From Bacteroidales bacterium (lineage in GTDB: Bacteria; Bacteroidota; Bacteroidia; Bacteroidales; GCA-2748055): a stretch of 64,000 nucleotides of DNA. A model generated the notes under the pieces. It did not search any database, was not told the DNA's origin, and saw only the letters and a program-made list of their open reading frames with translations. Both the position numbers and the translations under genes were made by a program. Numbering within the stretch: the stretch's first letter is position 1; the number at the start of each line of letters is the position of its first letter. Location: positions 2,951 through 66,950 of the forward strand of contig JAUUZQ010000004.1 in the NCBI GenBank assembly GCA_030589895.1, in the 5' to 3' direction. Shown here one piece after another: positions 58,512-64,000 of this stretch.

Positions 58512-59684
58512 TTGGCAAAAAGGGTAGTAGTAGGTTTATCAGGCGGGGTTGACTCCAGTGTTGCGGCTTACTTGTTAAAGGAACAAGGCTATGACGTGAT
58601 TGCTGTGTTTATGGTTAACTGGCACGACAAAACAGGAGTGCTGGATGCTGATTGCCCGTGGGATGAAGATGTGGTCTTTGCCGAATTGGTAGCAAAGAAA
58701 ATTGGAATTCCGTTTCATGTGGTTGATTTAAGCAAACCCTACAAGAAGCGGGTAATTGACTATATGTTCTCTGAATATGAAAAAGGAAGAACACCCAATC
58801 CTGATGTCTTATGTAACCGGGAAATTAAATTCGATGAGTTTCTGAAAGCTGCAGCACCGTTCAATGCAGACTATGTAGCAACCGGACATTACTGTAAAAA
58901 GGAAGAAGAAGAGATTGATGGGAAGATGGTGTATAAGCTACTGGCTGGTGATGATCCGGGTAAAGAGCAGAGCTATTTCCTTTGTCAGCTCTCACAAAAA
59001 CAGCTTTCAAACACATTGTTCCCCATTGGTCACTTACATAAATCTGAAGTCAGAAAAATTGCCAAAGAGCAAAAACTGGCATCAGCAGATAAAAAAGACT
59101 CTCAGGGAATATGCTTTGTAGGGAAAGTGCACCTGCCTGACTTTCTTCAACAAAAATTAAAATCGAAAGAGGGAAATATTTTTGAAATCCCTGCTGATAG
59201 TCCGATGTATGCAAAAAAAACTGATCAATCGGAGAAAGAACTATGCACTCCCCTGACATACAGGATCAGTGATGGAAATTTTGTTGGCAAGCACCGTGGG
59301 GCTCACTTTTTTACTATCGGTCAGAGAAAAGGGCTGCAGGTAGGCGGTAAAGTTGAACCTCTTTTTGTAATTGCCACAGATGTTGATAAAAACAGAATTT
59401 ATGTAGGTCAGGGGCAATCACATCCGGGCTTGTTCCGCAGTGGACTATTTATTCTGGAAAGTGATATTCACTGGGTACGACCAGATCTGACAATGAAAAT
59501 TGATGAAAAACGGAATTATATGGTTCGAATCCGTTACCGCCAGGCATTGGAAAAAGCCACACTGCATAGAACTGCTGAAGGAATGTACCTTACTTTCGAT
59601 AAACCTCAACGGGGAATCGCAGCCGGTCAGTTTGCAGCCTGGTATGACAATGGAGAGTTGCTTGGATCCGGAGTGATAAGTTGA
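58512..59684 (+). CDS. mnmA: tRNA 2-thiouridine(34) synthase
   Basis: [17 protein letters not shown]-loop; NPDVLCN and SQGICF catalytic Cys motifs; TTG start. Confidence 0.93.
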   Translation: MAKRVVVGLSGGVDSSVAAYLLKEQGYDVIAVFMVNWHDKTGVLDADCPWDEDVVFAELVAKKIGIPFHVVDLSKPYKKRVIDYMFSEYEKGRTPNPDVLCNREIKFDEFLKAAAPFNADYVATGHYCKKEEEEIDGKMVYKLLAGDDPGKEQSYFLCQLSQKQLSNTLFPIGHLHKSEVRKIAKEQKLASADKKDSQGICFVGKVHLPDFLQQKLKSKEGNIFEIPADSPMYAKKTDQSEKELCTPLTYRISDGNFVGKHRGAHFFTIGQRKGLQVGGKVEPLFVIATDVDKNRIYVGQGQSHPGLFRSGLFILESDIHWVRPDLTMKIDEKRNYMVRIRYRQALEKATLHRTAEGMYLTFDKPQRGIAAGQFAAWYDNGELLGSGVIS

Positions 59685-59728
59685 AGTGACCAGACAAATC
59701 TATTGGGTGCATACACTCTCTACAACCT

Positions 59729-59768
59729 CATTATCACATTATCACATTGTCGCATTATCAACATTATC
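59729..59768. repeat. Octamer array CATTRTYR x5
   Basis: cattatca cattatca cattgtcg cattatca a cattatc; overlaps the cysH stop codon. Confidence 0.8.
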
Positions 59769-60474
59769 TCTTATGCAATCCGCACTCTTTGTGTTCTTCT
59801 TCCTCCCACCACCAGCGACCTGCTTTGAAATCTTCACCTGGTTTGATTGACCTTGTACATGGCTGACAACCAATGCTGGCAAAACCTTGCTCATGTAAAG
59901 GGTTATAAGGCACCTTATTCTCCTTGATATAGTCCCAGACATTATCTTCAGTCCAATCTATCAGCGGATTGATCTTTATAAGTCCGTTCTGCTCATCCCA
60001 TTCCACCATCTTCGAGAAGAAGCGGCTTACTGACTGGTCCTTTCTCAGACCACATATCCATACATCCAGATTATTGAAAGCACGTAGCAGAGGTTCCACT
60101 TTTCGAATACCACAACACAACTTCCTGTTCTCAACACTCTTATAAAAAAGATTCATTCCCTTCTCCTTCACCATAGCCTCCACAGCTTTTCTTTCAGGGA
60201 AAAACACCTCTATATCAATATCATACCTGTTTTTTGTATCATCAATCAGGTTATATGTTTCGGGAAACAGTCGTCCTGTATCAAGTGTAAAGATCCTTGC
60301 ACTCTTATCAATCGCCGCTACCATCTCAGTGAGCACCTGGTCCTCTGCCCCCATGCTGGTCGATAATGCTATCTTGCCACTAAACTCAGCAAGAAAGAAA
60401 GCCAATACATCTTTTGGGTCTTTTCCCGACCACTCTTCATTCCATTTTTCAATCTTCTCCATCAACTCTTTCAT
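59764..60474 (-). CDS. cysH: Adenylyl-/phosphoadenylyl-sulfate reductase, Fe-S containing CysH type
   Basis: PAPS_reduct fold; CCGIRKVEPL plus GCQPC (4-Cys cluster pattern of APS-type enzymes); C-terminal ECGLH. ATG 60474 is preferred; the ORF-track TTG at 60504 is also possible. Confidence 0.88.
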   Translation of the reverse strand: MKELMEKIEKWNEEWSGKDPKDVLAFFLAEFSGKIALSTSMGAEDQVLTEMVAAIDKSARIFTLDTGRLFPETYNLIDDTKNRYDIDIEVFFPERKAVEAMVKEKGMNLFYKSVENRKLCCGIRKVEPLLRAFNNLDVWICGLRKDQSVSRFFSKMVEWDEQNGLIKINPLIDWTEDNVWDYIKENKVPYNPLHEQGFASIGCQPCTRSIKPGEDFKAGRWWWEEEEHKECGLHKR

Positions 60475-60727
60475 CCGTATTTCTATTTTTTTTTCGAAGG
60501 ACAAAGATAATTATTTTAATGCCATAGGCTTACAACACCACTTCTCTTTGGATGAATACATGTCACATTTCCGGCAAAAGTACTTTGATTTCTTAGTTAT
60601 CATCCTCAGCTCCAGCACTTCTAAATCAGTGCACATCTTTTTACTCATCCAACTATTTTAAGGAGAAAACACTTTAGAAGCAAAAATGTTTTTGAAAATA
60701 TATACTAATTTTTCAGAATTTATTCTG

Positions 60728-61423
60728 TTATAGCTTATCCAGCAATGGTGCCAGATATTTAGCAAGTAGTACTACCACTATAAGGGCTGGTAACATATTC
60801 ATTACCCTGACTTTCTTTACATCAAGAAGCGTGAAGCCCAGGCCTATCAATAAAATTCCACCTACAGCTGAGAGTTCTGCCAGTACAGGAACAGAAAGTG
60901 TCTCACTAATGTATGAGGCAAAGAGTGTGAGACCACCCTGGTATAAAAAGAGCGGGATAACGGAAAACATCACCCCGGCACCAAGGGCCGAGGCCAGTGC
61001 CATAGATGAAAATCCGTCCATCAGTGATTTAGTAAGGAGTAAATTTGGTTTGTTTCCCAGTCCCTCTTCGATAGCACCCAGCACAGTCATTGAGCCCATG
61101 CAAAATATTAGAAATGCTGTAATAAATCCTTCAGCAAAACTCTCATTGCTCGATTTTACCTTCCTTTTTAAAAACTCAGCAATTTTGCTCATCCCCTTCT
61201 CAAGATTCCACCACTCACCAAGCAAGGTCCCTATCAATAAGCTGAATATCATCACCATAATATTCTGTGTCTCCAGAGCCATCTTCACGCCAAGAAACAT
61301 GGTAAACAGTCCGAACACCTGAAAGATAATCTTAATATAGCGCTCTGGAAGCCTCGATCGAATAAGTAATCCGATGGTACTTCCCAACAAAACTGTACCC
61401 ACGTTTATTAATGTTCCTATCAT
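60728..61423 (-). CDS. DUF554 family membrane protein
   Basis: 231 aa, polytopic. The MIGTLINVGTVLLGSTIGLL N-terminus is typical of DUF554. Sits 19 nt downstream of the QmoC-like gene. Confidence 0.8.
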   Translation of the reverse strand: MIGTLINVGTVLLGSTIGLLIRSRLPERYIKIIFQVFGLFTMFLGVKMALETQNIMVMIFSLLIGTLLGEWWNLEKGMSKIAEFLKRKVKSSNESFAEGFITAFLIFCMGSMTVLGAIEEGLGNKPNLLLTKSLMDGFSSMALASALGAGVMFSVIPLFLYQGGLTLFASYISETLSVPVLAELSAVGGILLIGLGFTLLDVKKVRVMNMLPALIVVVLLAKYLAPLLDKL

Positions 61424-61442
61424 ATTATAATAATGTATTTAC

Positions 61443-62537
61443 CTATTTTCTTCTTCCTGAAAATGCATAGGTCATGGCAATGGTCCGGTAAATAATATGT
61501 CCAAATTTAGTATAAGGAAGGTAAATAATCACAAACCATACACAAACAAGATGAAAAAAGTACAGATAGTAGGCAAGTGACCAATCGAGAAATCTGGCCA
61601 TCTCCACAATCACCCCTGAAGCTGTCAGGAGAAACATTGATCCCAACAACAGCCAATCAGTATATGTACTTCTTTCACTTCCTGGCTTAGCAACAATTCG
61701 ATTATATATCATTATTCCCAGTCCGGTAAAGAGCATGAGGGAAGAGAGATTTCCCATGATTTTAAATGGGTTAGTTAATGCGAGGGGATATTTTTCAGTA
61801 ATTGCAGCATATATGGCAAATATGGTAACTAAAAGCAAGAGTATAAACCCATAAAACACAAGGAAATGAGATACTTTCCTGGAACTGTTCTCTTCACACT
61901 TCTTAAATCGCGAATGTGCAAATATGTCATTTTTAACACCCCAGAAACTTCTGAATAATCCCATTTTCGGACCTGTACCGGAATGATGAATATTCATATC
62001 CTTCCAAAACCTTCCAAAACCAAAACAAGCAAGGAGATAAGACAAAAGCGTTATTACAGAGAATGAAGCATTCAACCAGGCATGGGGAAAGAAAAGAGAA
62101 TAATTAACCGGTCCTTCTGGTATTTTAAGTGTCCCGGCCGCAAAAATAATTCCGGCTATGATCAGAACAGGTATTAAAATAGCAATGGGTAATAGTCCGG
62201 GTTTACCAAGAAGTTTTCCCATAAACAAAGGCATCGCATACTTCCTGTACGTTAGTTGTCTGGTAGCTGACAGAACATCTGCAGGATTTACACCTCTTGG
62301 ACAATGGGTACTGCAATCGCCACATTGGTGACACAACCATACATCCGGATTACCAATCAATTTATCCGACATGCCCCAGCCGGCATAGACCATCTCCTTT
62401 CGGGGAAAAGGCTTGACATCAGGAGACAAATTACACACAACAGAACATGTACCACACTGCATGCATGTATTCAGTGGTGCTCCGCTTATGCGTTCCAGCT
62501 CCTTCTTAAATTCTATGTCAGGTCTCAAATCCAGCAT
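61443..62537 (-). CDS. qmoC: QmoC-like protein: HdrC-like 2x[4Fe-4S] domain fused to a NarI/HdrE-like membrane domain
   Basis: CMQCGTCSVVC and CHQCGDCSTHCP motifs, then about 6 TM helices with conserved His (HFLVFYG, FHLVCVW, FGHIIYR). ATG 62537 is preferred over GTG 62543; both lie inside the octamer array. Confidence 0.7.
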   Translation of the reverse strand: MLDLRPDIEFKKELERISGAPLNTCMQCGTCSVVCNLSPDVKPFPRKEMVYAGWGMSDKLIGNPDVWLCHQCGDCSTHCPRGVNPADVLSATRQLTYRKYAMPLFMGKLLGKPGLLPIAILIPVLIIAGIIFAAGTLKIPEGPVNYSLFFPHAWLNASFSVITLLSYLLACFGFGRFWKDMNIHHSGTGPKMGLFRSFWGVKNDIFAHSRFKKCEENSSRKVSHFLVFYGFILLLLVTIFAIYAAITEKYPLALTNPFKIMGNLSSLMLFTGLGIMIYNRIVAKPGSERSTYTDWLLLGSMFLLTASGVIVEMARFLDWSLAYYLYFFHLVCVWFVIIYLPYTKFGHIIYRTIAMTYAFSGRRK

Positions 62538-62606
62538 TATCACATTGTCGCATTATCGCATTATCACATTGTCGCATTGTCGCATTATCGCATTGTCGCA
62601 TTGTCC
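62535..62606. repeat. Octamer array CATTRTYR x9 occupying the entire spacer between the QmoB-like and QmoC-like genes
   Basis: cattatca cattgtcg cattatcg cattatca cattgtcg cattgtcg cattatcg cattgtcg cattgtcc. Confidence 0.9.
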
Positions 62607-62607
62607 C

Positions 62608-64000
62608 CTAAATATCCTTAAACGGATTAGGTCCTATCAACTCTATCTCTTCCATATACTCATCAATATGATCTATAATCCCTTTATAATCTGTTATTTC
62701 CACAAACTTTGTCATGATGCGTTCAGGTTCAAGCATCATGGTAGAAAGTGTCTCTTCCATGATCTCACTTCGCTGCTCAGTTAGTTCACTTCCATGGATA
62801 AAATGACACTGATAATTATCACCCGGCTTACATCCAATCTGAAGAATTCCGTCAAATCCGTGCGATAATGCATCAGATATCCATACGCGGTTAATGGAAC
62901 CCAGGCAGCGAACAGAAATAACCCTGACATATGGGTTGATGCTTAATTTTTCTCTTGCTGCCATCTCCAGCGCAGGCATCGCGTCATTTTCGCAAACGAA
63001 TACCAATACCCTGGGCTTCTCATCAAATTCATCCGGTATGTTTACAGCCTTTATTTTTTCTGAAATAATATTGATAGAGTAATCTGCAAAACTGATAACC
63101 CTCTCAGGACAGCTACCTACACAGATTCCGCATCTTCTACAACGGTTGGGGTACACAACAGGGGTTCCTGAAGACGTTTCATCATAAGTTCCAAAAGGGC
63201 ACTCTTCAGTACACCTTTTGCAATCGGTACACCTTTCGAGATATAGCTCAGGATAGGATTGATCTCCGGATCTCGGATGAACAGCCTCTCCCCTTTTGGA
63301 TGCCTCGATGGTCTGAATCGCCTTCAACATTGCCCCACCCGCATCATCCATACTCGAAGGAATATCCATTGGCGCCCGAACTGTTCCTGCCGCATAAATA
63401 CCGGTCCTCCGTGTTTCATACGGAAAACAGATAAAGTGTGAATCCGGAAATTCGTATTTCAACTCAGGTAATCCCTCTCCTAATCTGTAACCCAGTTTAA
63501 GATCATCAGTCCCATTAGGAACCATTCCTGTGGCAAGTACCACCTGCTCAACATTCAATGTAAGTTGTTCTCCTAATAATTTATCCTGAACAATAACTTC
63601 AACACTATCACCTGTCTGCTGAATAGTCTCAAATTCTCCTTTTATAAAAATGATATTTGGATCATCCTGCACTTCCTTATAAAACTCTTCAAGGAAACCT
63701 ATCGTGCGAATGTCCTTATAGAGTATATAAATGATCGCATCGGGATGCTCATCCCTGTAATATTTAGCCTGCTTAAGTGAAATTCCACAACAGATGGAGG
63801 AGCAATATGAAAGGTGTTCCAGGTCCCTGGATCCTGCACACTGAATAAAAAGAACTGATTCAACTTTAGGAAGTTTACCTGCAGAGACTTTCTCTTCAAG
63901 CTCTACTGAAGTAATAACATTGGGGATCACTCCCAAACCATAAAAATCTTTTGAATCAGGTTTGTATGGCCTCCACCCTGCAGCAGTGACTATTGAACCA
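62608..64000 (-). CDS. qmoB: QmoB/HdrA-like flavoprotein with C-terminal MvhD-like domain; N-terminus lies beyond the window end
   Basis: The frame stays open upstream of the ORF-track TTG at 63936 (…GSIVTAAGWRPYKPDSKDFYGLGVIPNV…). It carries CTDCKRCTEECP and CRRCGICVGSCP ferredoxin motifs, then the MvhD-like VFVCENDA...RCLGS...GCKPGDNYQCHF. Confidence 0.78.
   Translation of the reverse strand, partial: GSIVTAAGWRPYKPDSKDFYGLGVIPNVITSVELEEKVSAGKLPKVESVLFIQCAGSRDLEHLSYCSSICCGISLKQAKYYRDEHPDAIIYILYKDIRTIGFLEEFYKEVQDDPNIIFIKGEFETIQQTGDSVEVIVQDKLLGEQLTLNVEQVVLATGMVPNGTDDLKLGYRLGEGLPELKYEFPDSHFICFPYETRRTGIYAAGTVRAPMDIPSSMDDAGGAMLKAIQTIEASKRGEAVHPRSGDQSYPELYLERCTDCKRCTEECPFGTYDETSSGTPVVYPNRCRRCGICVGSCPERVISFADYSINIISEKIKAVNIPDEFDEKPRVLVFVCENDAMPALEMAAREKLSINPYVRVISVRCLGSINRVWISDALSHGFDGILQIGCKPGDNYQCHFIHGSELTEQRSEIMEETLSTMMLEPERIMTKFVEITDYKGIIDHIDEYMEEIELIGPNPFKDI

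Noticed and set aside
60475-60727. SAM (S-box) riboswitch controlling cysH
   Set aside because: I could not find the conserved SAM-I core segments or a terminator/antiterminator pair. Only a generic long-range helix is visible, so it is reported as a low-interest finding rather than annotated as a riboswitch.

Overview
AT-rich chromosomal segment that looks like Bacteroidota. Evidence: no Shine-Dalgarno sequences ahead of starts, recurrent TAnnTTTG -7 boxes, and gene content (GH97, sulfatase, TonB, DUF349, recF-DUF721, FKBP lipoproteins). I support about 50 protein genes and one tRNA-Arg(TCT). I saw no rRNA, CRISPR, transposase, integrase or phage genes. Housekeeping genes include ndk, recF, ribH, yidC, pyrG, trmD, mnmA, asnA, cysH, an AddA/AddB-like helicase-nuclease pair and nrnA-like. 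Between them sit carbohydrate and periplasmic functions (sulfatase, GH78-like, GH97, TAT-exported Gfo/Idh/MocA, DUF1080) and redox genes (Crp/Fnr, Fe-S proteins, redoxins). The most unusual items are: (1) a QmoB/QmoC-type membrane redox module plus DUF554 directly upstream of an Fe-S type cysH at the right edge, truncated by the window; (2) several families of 7-8 bp tandem repeat arrays in intergenic spacers, one of which fills the whole qmoB-qmoC spacer; (3) a 2-TM TIGYGD potassium-channel pore fused to about 20 copies of a 12-residue repeat; (4) a TIGR01212-type radical SAM gene wedged 1 nt behind the AddA-like gene and ahead of the AddB-like gene; (5) two divergent fused LeuC-LeuD-type aconitase-family genes bracketing asnA; (6) a perfect 7-4-7 palindrome in the Crp/Fnr divergent promoter. 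All function calls rest on motifs I read in the translations. No database search was run.
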